This document shows, in pieces, positions 1 through 10,997 of a stretch of DNA of 64,000 nt. Position numbers and translations under genes: made by a program. The first letter of the stretch is position 1. Each line of letters begins with the position of its first letter. Source of the DNA: Scyliorhinus canicula. Taxonomy: Eukaryota. Below the pieces are notes generated by a model. It saw nothing but the letters and a program-made list of their open reading frames with translations, had not been told where the DNA came from and made no database searches. The stretch lies in NCBI RefSeq assembly GCF_902713615.1, contig NW_024055751.1, forward strand, positions 62,001 through 126,000, in the 5' to 3' direction.

Positions 1-225
1 GTCTGTGCGGAGTTTGCACGTTCTCCCCGTGTCGGCATGTGTTTGCTCCGGTTTCCTCCCACAGTCCAAAGACGTGCAGGTTAGGTGGATTGGCCATGAT
101 AAATTGCCCTTAGTGACCAAAAAGGTTAGGAGCGGTTATTGGGTTGTGGGGTGGAAGTGAGGGCTTAATGTGGGTCGGTGCAGACTCAATGGGCCGAATG
201 GCCTCCTTCTGCACTATATGTTCTA
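1..225 (+). mobile_element. V-SINE (HE1-like), 5' end cut by the window edge
   Basis: Central domain GTGCGGAGTTTGCACGTTCTCCCCGTG...GGTTTCCTCCCACAGTCCAAAGA and CR1-like tail GGGCCGAATGGCCTCCTTCTGCACT. Confidence 0.9.
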
Positions 226-231
226 TGTAAT

Positions 232-1200
232 AATGGGAGTTTGTCAGAAAAGGTACAGCGATAATCAAGGGGGATTTTAGTCTACTTATAGACCAGAAAA
301 TCAGGTGGTCAAAGGTAGCATAGGTGAGGAGTTCACAGAATGTTCTTGCAATAGTTTCTAAAATCAGCACATTTTGGAGCCAGAGGGCAGGTTATACCAG
401 ACTGGGTATTGTGCAATAAGGATTAATTGATAACCTCATGGTGAAGACATCCCCAGGTAACAGCGATCATAATATGACTGAATTTGACATGCAGTTTGAG
501 GGGAAGAAGATTGAGTCCAAGACGAGTAAGTTAAGCTTCAATAAGAGCAATTATGAGGGTATCAAAGCAGAGCTAGCTTAAAATGAACTTTCAAATGAGC
601 TTGTGTGTCAGGTCAATAGAGATTCAGTAGCAGACATTGAAAGAGATATTTCAGTATACACAGAAAATATACATTCTCGTGAGAATAGAACATTCCAAGG
701 GGAGGACCCAGCATCTGTCTTTAACTAAAAAAGTTAAAGACATTTCAATGATTTTCTCAAAAGCATGTAACAGCGCAAAGGCGGATAGCAGGTCAGAACA
801 TTGGGCAGAATTTAAAGAAAAGACTATCAACACAAAAATATTAATAAGGAGGAAAACTGGCTAGAAATATAAAGACAGATAGAGTTTCAATAGATATTTG
901 TGTTTGTGAATAATTCAAATGAGTGTTGATTCTCTAGAAAGCTAGTCTGGCAAATTAACAATGGAAAGTAAGGAGATGGCAAATGAATGGAACAGGTATT
1001 TGCATCAATCTTCACTACAGAGGAATCAAGTAACATTCCAGAAATATCTGTAAATCAGGCGTAACATATTGGCATGGACTGAAGATTGGCTAACCAATGG
1101 GAAACAGGGTAGGCATAAATGGGTATTTTTCTGATTGGGGGAATGTGATGAGTGGTGTGCCACAGGGATCAGTTCTGGAGACTCCACTTATAATAATTTA
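232..1200 (+). mobile_element. Decayed CR1-type LINE ORF2 fragment
   Basis: Nucleotide similarity to the better-preserved CR1 copies at 23-25.6 and 42-44 kb; many stops. Confidence 0.75.
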
Positions 1201-1202
1201 TG

Positions 1203-1680
1203 GACTTATGGTGGCGGCCATGGTGTGAGTGGTCGCACATTTGGTGTCTCCTGCCAGTGTTTTTTGATATTTTCTCCATCTAACTGGTGGATTTGTTGAG
1301 GTGCAGGAGAGGTGGAAGGAGAGGGTGTCCCACCAGTGGAAGGTTTTGTGGACCTGGTGTGGTTTTAAAAGGAAGGAGCAGTTGCGAGAAGCTGTGCCTG
1401 CGACATGGGGTAAGATGGCGGAGGGTAAGTGTCCGGCTCTACCGGCTCAGTGGTCGATGGAGAAGCTAGTGGACGTCTTGAACAAGAGGTTCACCCAGCA
1501 GAGGAAGGAGACTTGGGCGGACCTGGCAAGGATAGTAGACCCGATTAAGGCGGGGATCAACCGCTTGGAAACGAGGCTGGAGGCTCAGAACCAGGTGAGC
1601 CAGAAGGTGGAGGAGACGATGGGAGAGCACAAGAAGCAGCTCACCTCGATGGCGGCCGAATTGGGGGTGGTGCGTGATAC
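1203..1680 (+). mobile_element. 5' end of an L1-like LINE with ORF1 coiled-coil fragment
   Basis: Starts GACTTATGGTGGCGGCCATGG, like the 5' end of the L1-like copy at 37200. ORF 1301+ gives a heptad-rich peptide (DPIKAGINRLETRLEAQNQVSQKVEE). Confidence 0.7.
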
Positions 1681-1699
1681 TCAGAGTCGGCGTCAGGAC

Positions 1700-2127
1700 A
1701 CTCAATACTTGTTTCGTTATTCATTGCTTAACATCAGTATATCTATTTATTACACGTGTCTTCATTTCAAATTGAATAACTCTGAACTCTGGAATATACA
1801 CCATTGACTGACCAACAAAAGAAAGTGTTTCACTGGGTAATACAAATCCCATGGTGCTTTGTTGAGATTAACCACAGTCAGCTTTTAAACAAAGTCAAAT
1901 ATAATTAAATGGAAGAGAATTGAGAATTATGTGTTGCGTATATTTGACCCCTCTGTGTTTTGGTGTGAAAAATTCTGCAGCCTAAATACCGTTCATGTAT
2001 AAGAAAGGAGGGGTGACAGCAAATCCGCACTGAGCCTGGATTCCCACAGTGGCTTTTCCGGTTTCTCCATCAGGAAGACTGTTTTTTCTTTCCACAAAGC
2101 TGGTTCAGTTAAGTCTTCTTTCCTCTA
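1700..2127. repeat. Partial copy of the tRNA-Val flank amplicon
   Basis: Aligns by eye with 5590-6020 (e.g. CAGTCAGCTTTTAAACAAAGTCAAAT, GCACTGAGCCTGGATTCCCACA). Confidence 0.85.
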
Positions 2128-2420
2128 AGTCCGGCTTGGGTCACTGTCTGTGCGGAGTCTGCACATCCTCCCCGTGTGTGCGTGGGTTTCCTCCGGGTGC
2201 TCCGGTTTCCTCCCACTGTCCAAAGATGTGCAGGTTAGGTGGATTGGCCATGCTAAATTGCCCTTAGTGTCCAAAATTGCCCTTAGTGTTGGGTGGGGTT
2301 ACTGGTTTATGGGGATAGGGTGGATGTGTTGACCTTGGGTAGGGTGCTCTTTCCAAGAGCCGGTGCAGACTCGATGGGCCGAATGGCCTCCTTCTGCACT
2401 GTAAATTCTATGAAATCTAT
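2128..2420 (+). mobile_element. V-SINE, 5'-truncated, inserted in the amplicon
   Basis: V-domain and tail present. The empty site CCTCTAA-TTCAGTTACAG is seen at about 6020. Confidence 0.9.
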
Positions 2421-2444
2421 GAAAGTCAGTTACAGTATCGTTTG

Positions 2445-2990
2445 TGTCTGTCCTTTTGAGTACACATTACTTTCAGACATCCTTCAATCTGGCCTGTTGC
2501 ATTTGCTGCTCCCAATGTGGTCTAACCTCCATTGGAGAGACTAAATGCCGACTGGGTGGCCGCTTTGCAAAACACCTTCGCTCCATCCACAAGCTGGAGC
2601 CAGACCCTCCTGTCACTTGCTATTTCAACTCACTGTCCTGCTCTCAGGTCCACTTGTCCAACCTTGGCCTGCTGCAATGTTCCCCTGAAGCACAGCACAA
2701 AGCCTAGGAAACGCACCTCATCCTCCGATTAGGCATGATACAGCCCTCTGGACTGAACATTCAGTTCAACAACTGCAGACTGTGAACATCTTCCTCCCCC
2801 TTCACCACATGCTTATTTCCATCAACTTATTTTCATTGCTTCCATTTTCATGTTTTACCCTCACCATTGCAAACCCCCCCCCCCCCCCCCCCCCCCCATC
2901 CCATCCCTCTTGAGAAATCCGCCCCGTTGTCCTCTGACACATTACTTACTTTTGTTCTGCCATTACCGCATTCTAATCTCATAATATGCT
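2445..2990 (+). mobile_element. Penelope-like element relic, GIY-YIG endonuclease region
   Basis: ORF 2444-2707 CICCSQCGLTSIGETKCRLGGRFAKHLRS...LGLLQC matches the C-terminal GIY-YIG of Penelope elements; in-frame stop. Confidence 0.8.
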
Positions 2991-2995
2991 ACTAT

Positions 2996-3318
2996 GGGGC
3001 AGCACGGTAGCACAGTGGTTAGCACAGTTGCTTCACAGCTCCAAGGTCCCAGGTTCGATTCCCGGCTTGGGTCACTGTTTGTGTGGAGTCTGCACGTTTT
3101 CCCCGTGTCTGTGTGGGTTTCCTCCGGGTGCTCCGGTTTCCACCCACAGTCCAAAGGTGTGCAGGTTCGGTGGATTGGCCATGCTAAATTGCCCTTAGTG
3201 ACCAAAAAGGTTAGGAGGGGTTATTGGGTTACGGGGATAGAGTGGAAGTGAGGGTTTAAGTGGGTTGGTGCAGACTTGATGGGCCGAATAGCCTCCTTCT
3301 GCACTGTATATTCTAATG
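2996..3318 (+). mobile_element. Full-length V-SINE
   Basis: tRNA-like head GGGCAGCACGGTAGCACAGTGGTTAGCA, B-box GGTTCGATTCCC, V-domain, tail. Confidence 0.9.
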
Positions 3319-3504
3319 AACATTCTCAACTCTCACTGTCCACCGCTTCCGGCTTCTCTCCATAAACAACCTCAGAGAGACCAGGGGGGAGACACTGACC
3401 CAGTGACATTGTCACTGCATTAATCACCCAGAGAGACAGGAGAATGTTCTGGGGATATCGGCTCCAATCCATTCAATTAATAAAATCTGGAATTTAAAGT
3501 TCCC

Positions 3505-3730
3505 CATGTCTGTGTGGGTTTCCTCCGGGTGCTCCGGTTTCCTCCCACAGTCCAAAGATGTGCCAATAAGGCGGATTGGCCATGCTAAATTGCCCTTAGT
3601 GTCTAAAAAGGTTAGGTGGGTTACTGGGTAAGGAGATAGAGTGGAGGCATGGGCTTAAGTATGGTGCACTTTCCACGGGCCGGTGCAGTCAATGGGCTGA
3701 ATGGCCTCCTTCTGCACTGTAAATTCTATT
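3505..3730 (+). mobile_element. V-SINE, 5'-truncated
   Basis: V-domain and tail. Confidence 0.85.
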
Positions 3731-3739
3731 ATCAGTTCT

Positions 3740-4015
3740 CAGCGTTGATTACACCCATTTACATTCCCTTTTTCCTTTTGTCCAAGACATTTTTGTCAGT
3801 CTCCACCTATTGCTGGCCCACCTTCGAGGCCCAATGGTTCACACCACCCCACCCCCACTACTCTAAATCTGACCCTATTTCCAGTTGTCCAGCTTTGACA
3901 GTCACCCAGACTCAAAACGACAGCTGCCATCTCGCTCTAGAGAGGCAGCCAGACCTGCTGAGATTATCCAGTATTTTCTGTTTCTGTTTGAAGCATCCGC
4001 AGTAAGTTGCATTTG
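3740..4015 (+). mobile_element. Penelope-like terminal-repeat relic
   Basis: CAGACCTGCTGAGATTATCCAGTATTTTCTG...GCATCCGCAGTA. Related copies near 38.7, 44.6, 45.1 and 47.3 kb, next to GIY-YIG relics. Confidence 0.6.
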
Positions 4016-4094
4016 TCGTACATTTATACATGTTTGAGATGGTGATTAAAATGTTCAGCTGCATATGTAAACCAATTAAATTCTGTTGTGGATG

Positions 4095-5034
4095 GGCTTC
4101 CACATTGCTGGAGGAGGTGCTGACGACAGGGGGACTGGAGAAGGGGGTAATATCGACGGTTTATTTTGGCGAAGGAAAAGGTGTCGCTGGAAGGGATCAA
4201 GGCAAATTGGGAGGAAGAGTTGGGAGAGGGTTTGGAGGAGGGGTTCTCGTGTGAGGTGCTCCGAAGGGTGAACGCCTCCACCTCCTGTGCGGATTTGGGG
4301 CTGATACAGCTGAAGTTGGTGTATAGAGCACACCTTACAAGGGCGAGGGTGAACCGGCTCTTTGAGGGGGTAGAAGATGTGTGTGAACTTTGCGGGGGGG
4401 GGGGGGGGGGGGGGGTCCTGCAAACGACGTTCATATGTTTTGGTCCTGTTCAAAGCTGGAAGATTAATGGGAGGAAGTTTTTAGGGTAATCTCGAAAGTG
4501 GTGTACATGAAACTGGAGGCCATATTTGCGGTATCGGACCAGCCGGGGTTGGAAACGGGCACGGAGGCAGATGCTGTAGCCTTCGCCTCGTTGATCGGCC
4601 GAAGGCAGATCCAGTTAGGGTGGAGATGAACCTCTCCACCCTGTGCCCTGGCTGGCGGGGGGTGGGGGGCACCTGTTTGAATTCCAGATGCTTGAAAAGG
4701 TCAAATTTGAACTGAGGGGAAGGATGGATGGGTTCTACAATTCATGGGCGTTATTCATTGTGCACTTTTGAAAATTGGATTACATCGAACATTGGTGGGG
4801 GTGGGGTGGGAGGGTTGGGGGGGGGGGGAAGAGAGACGGACTGTATGTGTTAATGGTGACTATGGATGATTCCTGATAACATGCTGCGGGCTAATGTCTG
4901 GGGTTTGGTGGGAGGATGGGATTATTGTTATAGCTATGGGGATTGACATTGCATTCGTTTCGGATTATGATTTGTTGAATGTAAATTTGGGAGAAAATGT
5001 GTAAAAGGAGAATAAAAATATATTTTTTTTTAAT
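4095..5034 (+). mobile_element. 5'-truncated L1-like LINE 3' end with 14-bp TSD
   Basis: ORF 4166-4489 (LIQLKLVYRAHLTRARVNRLF..CELC) is an L1 ORF2 C-terminus. TSD TTCTGT(T/C)GTGGATG at 4081-4094 and 5035-5048. Confidence 0.85.
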
Positions 5035-5261
5035 TTCTGTCGTGGATGAACAAACTGCTAATATCCGAACTGTTCCAAAATAGGAAAATCTTTTTCTTGT
5101 CATTGTGTCTTGAAAAGTCAGTACTTCTGATTTTGTTGAATACATTTTAATGTCTTATTTAAGACTAAATCTCTAAGATTTAGACTAAAAGATAAGACTC
5201 TAAGATAAGACTAAAATGTATTTTGTGCAAATATTCCTCACACAAAATGAGAAGTACTTCA

Positions 5262-5334
5262 TGTTTCTACCCGGTCTTGAACCGGGGACCTTTTGCGTGT
5301 GAGGTGAATGTGACAACAACAACACTTCAGAAAC
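5262..5334 (-). tRNA. tRNA-Val(CAC), degenerate (likely pseudogene)
   Basis: Reverse complement GTTTCTGAAGTGTTGTTGTTGTCACATTCACCTCACACGCAAAAGGTCCCCGGTTCAAGACCGGGTAGAAACA; A-box damaged. Confidence 0.85.
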
Positions 5335-6304
5335 CGCTGGCAATGCAGAAGGACTTCTGCCATGTTCAACTGAACTGCCTTGCTGCAGCTTCTCATGGTT
5401 CGGCTGGGAGGCCATGTCACTGATTACAAGAACATGTCTGTTTCTTTAAAACAGATGTCTCAACTTAGAAGACCAAATGAAATAGAACTTATCTGCAAAT
5501 ATCTAACGGAGCAATGCTCTCTCTTCAATTATTAACGCAGAATTCTTATCTTCCTACAGAAACATTTAAAGAACTTTCCACAATATTTGTTTGGTTATCC
5601 AAAACTTAACATCAGTATATTTATTTGTCACATGCGTCTTCATTTCAAACTGAATAACTCTGAAATATACACCTTAGAATTGCAAAGATGACTGACCAAC
5701 AAAATAAAGCGTTTCACTGGCTAATAGAAATTCCATGGTGCTTTGTTGAGTTTGACCACAGTCAGCTTTTAAACAAAGTCAAATATCGTTAAATAGAACA
5801 GAATTGAGAATTATGTGTTGCTAATATTTGACCCCTCTGTGTTTTGGTGTGAAACGTTCTGCAACCTAAATACCGCTCACGTATAAGAAAGGAGGGGTGA
5901 CAGCAAATCCGCACTGAGCCTGGATTCCCACATCTCCCGGAGTGGCTTTTCCTGTTTCTCAATCAGGAAGACCGTTTTTTCTTTCCACAGAGCTGGTTCA
6001 GTTAAGTCTCTGGCATTTCCTCTAATTCAGTTACAGTATCGTTTGTGTCTGTCCTTTTGAGTACACATTACTATAAACATCCTTCAATCTGGCCTGTTTC
6101 ATTTGCTGATCCCAATGCCATCTACTCTACATTGGAGAGACTAAATGCCGACTGGGTGACCGCTTTCCAAAACACCTTCGCTCCATCGACAAGCTGGTGG
6201 CAGACTCTCCTGTCGCTTGCTATTTCAACTCACTGTCCTGCTCTCATGTCCACATGTCCGATCTTGGCCTGCTGCAATGTGATAACCACGGCACTACAGA
6301 ATCC
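5335..6304. repeat. tRNA-Val upstream-flank amplicon with Penelope GIY-YIG relic (6080-6270), ending in a tRNA-Val 5' fragment (about 6276-6304)
   Basis: Same flank follows tRNA-Val copies at 51.6, 53.0, 56.0 and 56.6 kb. AATGTGATAACCACGGCACTACAGAA is the reverse complement of the Val 5' half. Confidence 0.8.
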
Positions 6305-6530
6305 GCTGGTAGTGCAGCCTATGGAATTTGTCACCACAGGAAATAGTTGAGGCCAATGCATTGCATGTTTTCAAGAAGCAGTTAGATATAGCACTTAGGG
6401 CGAAGGGATCAAAGGATATGGAGGGGAAAGCGGGATTAAGCTATTGAGTTGGATGATAAGCCATGATCATGATGAATGGCAGAGCAGGCGCAAAGGGCAA
6501 AATGGCCTCTTCCTGCTCCTATTTTCTATG
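6305..6530 (+). mobile_element. CR1-type LINE 3' end abutting the 3' end of ZNF-A
   Basis: Tail GGGCAAAATGGCCTCTTCCTGCTCCTATTTTCTATG; same junction as at 27.69 kb. Confidence 0.8.
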
Positions 6531-6554
6531 TTTCCATGCAATTCCCTTCCCACA

Positions 6555-7757
6555 CTAAGAGCAGGTGAATGGTCTCTCCCCAGTGTGAAGTCGCTGGTGT
6601 GTCTGCAGAGCAGATAACTGTGTGAATCCATTCCCACAGAGGGAGCAGGTGAAAGGCTTCTCCCCAGTGTGAACACGCTGATGTTTCCGCAGGATGGATG
6701 AATCAATAAATCCTTTCCCACATTGAGAGCAGGTGAATGGCTTCTCCCCAGTGTGAATTCGCTGATGTGTCTGCAGGCTGGATAAAGCACCAAATCTCTC
6801 TCCACATTGAAAGCAGGTGAATGACTTGTCCCCAATGTGAACTCGCTGATGGCTCCGCAGACTGGATAAAGCACGGAATCTCTGCCCACACTGTGAGCAG
6901 GTGAATGGCTTCTCCCCAGTGTGAACTCGCTGGTGTGTCTGCAGACTGGATAACTGTGTGAATCCATTCCCACAGAGGGAGCAAGTGAATGGCCTCTCCC
7001 CAGTATGAACTCGCTGGTGAGTCTGCAGGTTGGATAACCAAGTGAATCCCTTCCCACACTGAGAGCAGATGAATGGCCTCTCCCCAGTGTGAACTCGCTG
7101 GTGTGTCTGCAGGGTGGATGAATAAATGAATCCCTTCCCACACCGAGAGCAGGTGAATGGCCTCTCCCCAGTGTGAACTCGCTGGTGTGACGTCAGAGTG
7201 GATGAATCAATAAATCCCTTCCCACACTGAAAGCAGGTGAATGGCCTCTCCCCAATATGAACTCGCTGATGTTTCCGCAGAGTGGATGAATCTATAAATC
7301 CCTTCCTACACAGAGAGCAGGTGAATGGCTTCTCCCCAGTGTGAATTCGCTGATGTATCTTCAGGGTGGATAAATCAATAAATCCCTTCCCACACTGAGA
7401 GCAGGTGAACGGCCTCTCCCCAGTGTGAATTCGCTGATGTATTTGCAGGTGGGATGCTTGAATGAATCCCTTCCCACACTGAGAGCAGGTGAATGGCCTC
7501 TCCCCAGTGTGAACTCGCCGATGTCTTTGCAGGTGGGATGACTGAGTGAATCCCTTCCCACACTGAGAGCAGGTGAATGGCCTCTCCCCAGTGTGAACTC
7601 GCTGATGTTTCTGCAGGGTGGAGAAGTCAATAAATCCCATCCCACACTGAGAGCAGGTGAATGGCCTCTCCCCAGTGTGACTACGTCGATGAATCTCCAG
7701 CTCAGATGGGGATCTGTATCCCTTCCCACAGTCTCCACATTTCCACGGTTTCTCCAT
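6555..7757 (-). CDS. C2H2 zinc-finger protein (ZNF-A), 400 aa, 14 complete fingers, no effector domain visible
   Basis: Open frame from ATG (MEKPWKC) with HTGERPF-type linkers; ends FTCS* at the start of a 15th finger. Splice acceptor TTTTTAAAG near 8300. Confidence 0.85.
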   Translation of the reverse strand: MEKPWKCGDCGKGYRSPSELEIHRRSHTGERPFTCSQCGMGFIDFSTLQKHQRVHTGERPFTCSQCGKGFTQSSHLQRHRRVHTGERPFTCSQCGKGFIQASHLQIHQRIHTGERPFTCSQCGKGFIDLSTLKIHQRIHTGEKPFTCSLCRKGFIDSSTLRKHQRVHIGERPFTCFQCGKGFIDSSTLTSHQRVHTGERPFTCSRCGKGFIYSSTLQTHQRVHTGERPFICSQCGKGFTWLSNLQTHQRVHTGERPFTCSLCGNGFTQLSSLQTHQRVHTGEKPFTCSQCGQRFRALSSLRSHQRVHIGDKSFTCFQCGERFGALSSLQTHQRIHTGEKPFTCSQCGKGFIDSSILRKHQRVHTGEKPFTCSLCGNGFTQLSALQTHQRLHTGERPFTCS

Positions 7758-8082
7758 GTTTTGGGTCTCCTCGTGTCTCTCCAGATTGGACAATCAGTGG
7801 AAGCTTTGTGTACACACAGAACATGTGCACTGTCTCTCCTCACTGTGAATGGTGTGATGTTTTTTCAGGCTGTGTAACTAGTTGAAACTTTTTCCACAGT
7901 CAGTTCACTGGAACTCTCTCACTCGGGTGAGTGTTGTGTGGGTCTCGGTGATTTTCCAGTCACATTTAAAATCTTTTCAAGCGGACAGATTGGACATACA
8001 TTTCTCCTTCTCGCCGATGATATTCAGAGCCCGATGATATTCAAGTCAGAAGGAATCAAGTGAGTTTGTCACAGGTTTAGCA

Positions 8083-8247
8083 CACTGGGCTAAATCGCTG
8101 GCTTTGAAAGCAGACCAAGGCAGGCCAGCAGCACTGTTCAATTCCCGTACCAGCCTCCCCGAACAGGCGCCGGAACGCGGCGACTAGGGGCTTTTCACAG
8201 TAACTTAATTGAAGCCTACTCGTGACAATAAGCGATTTTCATTTCAT
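8083..8247 (+). mobile_element. Short tRNA-related SINE (family 2, unclassified)
   Basis: TAGCACACTGGGCTAAATCGCTGG...GTTCAATTCCCGTACCAGCCTCCCCGAACAGGCGCC...GGCTTTTCACAGTAAC. Other copies near 20170(-), 28555, 48050(-), 50035, 53612(-). Confidence 0.8.
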
Positions 8248-9204
8248 GTAGACGTGATGTTTGACATTTCTGTCTATAATTTATTCTCTTCCAACATCCT
8301 TTAAAAACAATTTACGAAAGTCATCAATTAGGATAGAAATTCAGAACAGACAACTCTAGTTCCGATGGAACATTATTTCCTCTCTCGTTCTCCAAAATCT
8401 GTACATCTCCATCCCACACAATCTCCCTCCATTCTCACTCTGCTGTACATAATATTCACCCTCCCAATTCTCCTGAAGGTGCTGATTCATGTTGATTGAC
8501 AGATCCAAGCTCAGCTCACTGCTTCCTGACCAGGACACAGGGATTATAATAGCAGCAAGAGTAGGCCATTGGGTCCACTGAGTCTGCTAAACCATTCAAT
8601 GAGATCCTTGGCCGATCTGCATCATCACCATTTTCCCACACATTCCCCATATCCCTTAATACATTCAATATCTAGAAACCTATCAATATTTGTCTTGAAC
8701 ATACTCGATGACTGATGCTCCACATTCCTCTAAGGAAGAGAATTCCAAAGCATCACCTTATCCTCGAGTGAAGAAATCCCTCCTCATCTCAGCTTTCACT
8801 CTATTTTCCTACCTGTTCCCCATAACCCTGAACTCCTTTGTCAATAGAATGTCTGTCAAACCTGTGCTTCAATATATTCAATGACCCCCAGATACAACTG
8901 GTCCCTGTGGAAGAGAAATCCAAAGACTAACAACTCTCTGAGGGAAGAGATGACTGGAAATCTACAATATAGCAACAGTTTTATATTACAAGACAAGAAA
9001 TAATAACGCATTTACTTTATTACAAACTGTAAATAATATAAATAATCTGTTGCAACTGTCCTGGCTTGAGACAATTCACACCTCTTTAAGCCGTGATTAA
9101 CCCTATCTCCAGTTGCACCGTCTGGACCCGTAAAGACTTAATTATCTGCAAAGACTCGCATTCAAAGTGTCATCTTTTATCATTGGCTGTGTTTGTGTAA
9201 CCTT

Positions 9205-9320
9205 CCTCTTCGTTCACCTGATTAAGAAGCTACACTCTGAAAACTCGTGATACCAAATAAACCTGTTGTTGTCAGACTTCTCCCTGAGCCCAGCCCAGTC
9301 CAAGGCGGCATCTCCACATT
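9205..9320 (+). mobile_element. Penelope-like terminal motif (second type)
   Basis: CACCTGATTAAGAAGCTACACTCTGAAAACTCGTGATACCAAATAAACC...CCAGTCCAAGGCGGCATCTCCACAT. Related to 40508-40625 and 50620-50660(-). Penelope assignment is from recalled family features. Confidence 0.5.
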
Positions 9321-9339
9321 CTGAACAATGGGGAACAAG

Positions 9340-10100
9340 CCCCTCCCACTCATTGAAACATCGCCCCGACAAAGATGAGAAACGCGCATGCGCCCTGATG
9401 CACATCCAATAAAGATGGCAGCCGTTAACTCGAGCCGAAAATAAGAAGCTGCAGCCCCGCTCGGTACAAACAGGGTCCCGTAAAACTTTCCGAAGTTTGC
9501 GATTTCAACAGTTTTATACAACGTTTCCGCCCATTCCCGCGATTTCTCGCTCCCTCCATATTGTTAAACGCCTCATACCAATTTCCGATCTGAAGACAAA
9601 GCTCTTCCCGGTCGCCATTACCCACACTGCGCATGCTTCAATCACAGCAGGCCCCGCCCCCATTCACTCCGATTGGCTGGAGGATCAGCGGCTGGGTGGG
9701 TCCTGGAGTCCCGCCCCTCCTCTTCCTATTGGTCCGGAGCTGCCCGTCAATCACCCCGGCATTGTGACGGTTGCAGATGGTAAGAACAGCCACAGGCTCA
9801 GGCTGACTCGCTGATTGATCAATAATAACATTGTTTCACATTCGGCTCTGAGGCCGCCCTCAGGATTTGTAAACCCCGCCCCCGACACTGACCTTTCACC
9901 TGACACTTCACAATGCCCGGGCAATGATTGACGGCTGCTCCGGAACAAGAGGAGGAGAAGGGGATTGGTTGGAGGACCGAATAGGAGTGGCTGGTCCTCC
10001 AACCAATCAATGAATGAGGGCGGGGCTCTCGGGAGGCCCGATCTTCACAGAAGAAGCAACCGCGCAAGCGCACGCGCCAACTCAAACAAAGAAAGTTTCG
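9340..10100. promoter_or_regulatory. CpG-rich candidate bidirectional promoter between ZNF-A(-) and ZNF-B(+)
   Basis: NRF1-like GCGCATGCGC (about 9384), YY1-like AAGATGGCAGCC (about 9412), GC boxes (CCCCGCCCC), several CCAAT/ATTGG boxes. Confidence 0.65.
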
Positions 10101-10319
10101 TTTCCTCAATTTCTAACCTGGATGCAAAGTGATGATTTTTGCAAACAGAGATTACAGCTATCGGGCAAAAATTAAACAGATTGGGACTTATTTTCTTGAG
10201 AAATCAAGTGACTCAATTGTGACCTGATACAAGTCTTTAAAATGACCTGTGGGTTGGACAGGGGAGAGGTGGGGAGGATGCTGCCACTTGTAAAGAAGTC
10301 GAAAACTGGGAGCCAGGAA

Positions 10320-10680
10320 TAAACATAGGTAGCACAGTGGTTAGCACTGAGAAACGGTGCGGGATTTACCGGTTTCACGCTTGACACTGAGGAGGCTGAC
10401 AAGCACTGTTGCTTCACAGTGAGAGGATGCCAGATTCAATTCCCGCTTGGGTCACTGTCTGTGCTGAGATCTGCGTGTTCTCCCCGTGTCTGCGTGGGTT
10501 TCCTCTGGGTGCTCGGGTTTCCTCCCACAAATCCTGAAAGATGTGCTGGTTCGGTGAATTGGGCATTCTGAATTGTCCCTCTGTGAACCTGAACTGACTC
10601 CGGAATGTGGCAACTGGGGGCTTTTCACAGTAACTTCATTGCATAAGCCTACTTGTGACAATAATGAATATTATTACTAT
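10320..10680 (+). mobile_element. Composite SINE: V-SINE head with family-2 tail
   Basis: V-domain followed by GGAATGTGGCAAC...CTTTTCACAGTAACTTCATTGC. Similar copies near 19280(-), 20470(-), 22650. Confidence 0.7.
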
Positions 10681-10997
10681 TATAAACTAGGTCATAAATA
10701 CAAGAGAGTTACTAATAAATCCAAGAGGGAGATATGGACACATTTCTTCATTCACTGGATTAGAATGTGCAACTTGTTACCAGGGAAGGAGTTGAGGAAA
10801 GTGCTGGGAAGTTTCCAAAATGAAATGGGACAAGCACATGAGAAAAGGGAGTGGAAAGATCAGCTGACAGGCTGAGATGAGATGGATGGGATGGAAGGAG
10901 ATGTGTGTCGAGTATAATCAGCAGCAGAACAGTTGGACCAACTGGCCTGTTTGTGCATTGTAGAATCTAAGTAATTCAATGTAAACTTCTTTTGCAG

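Noticed and set aside
2873-2898. Long poly-C/G tracts (also about 4395, 43773, 57438)
   Set aside because: Homopolymers inside retroelement relics; length may be unreliable and no separate function is evident.
6467-7843. Long alternative-frame ORFs (6467-7141, 7361-7843; likewise 26637-27374, 37447-37863)
   Set aside because: Shadow frames of 84-bp zinc-finger repeats ([15 protein letters not shown] motif), not independent genes.
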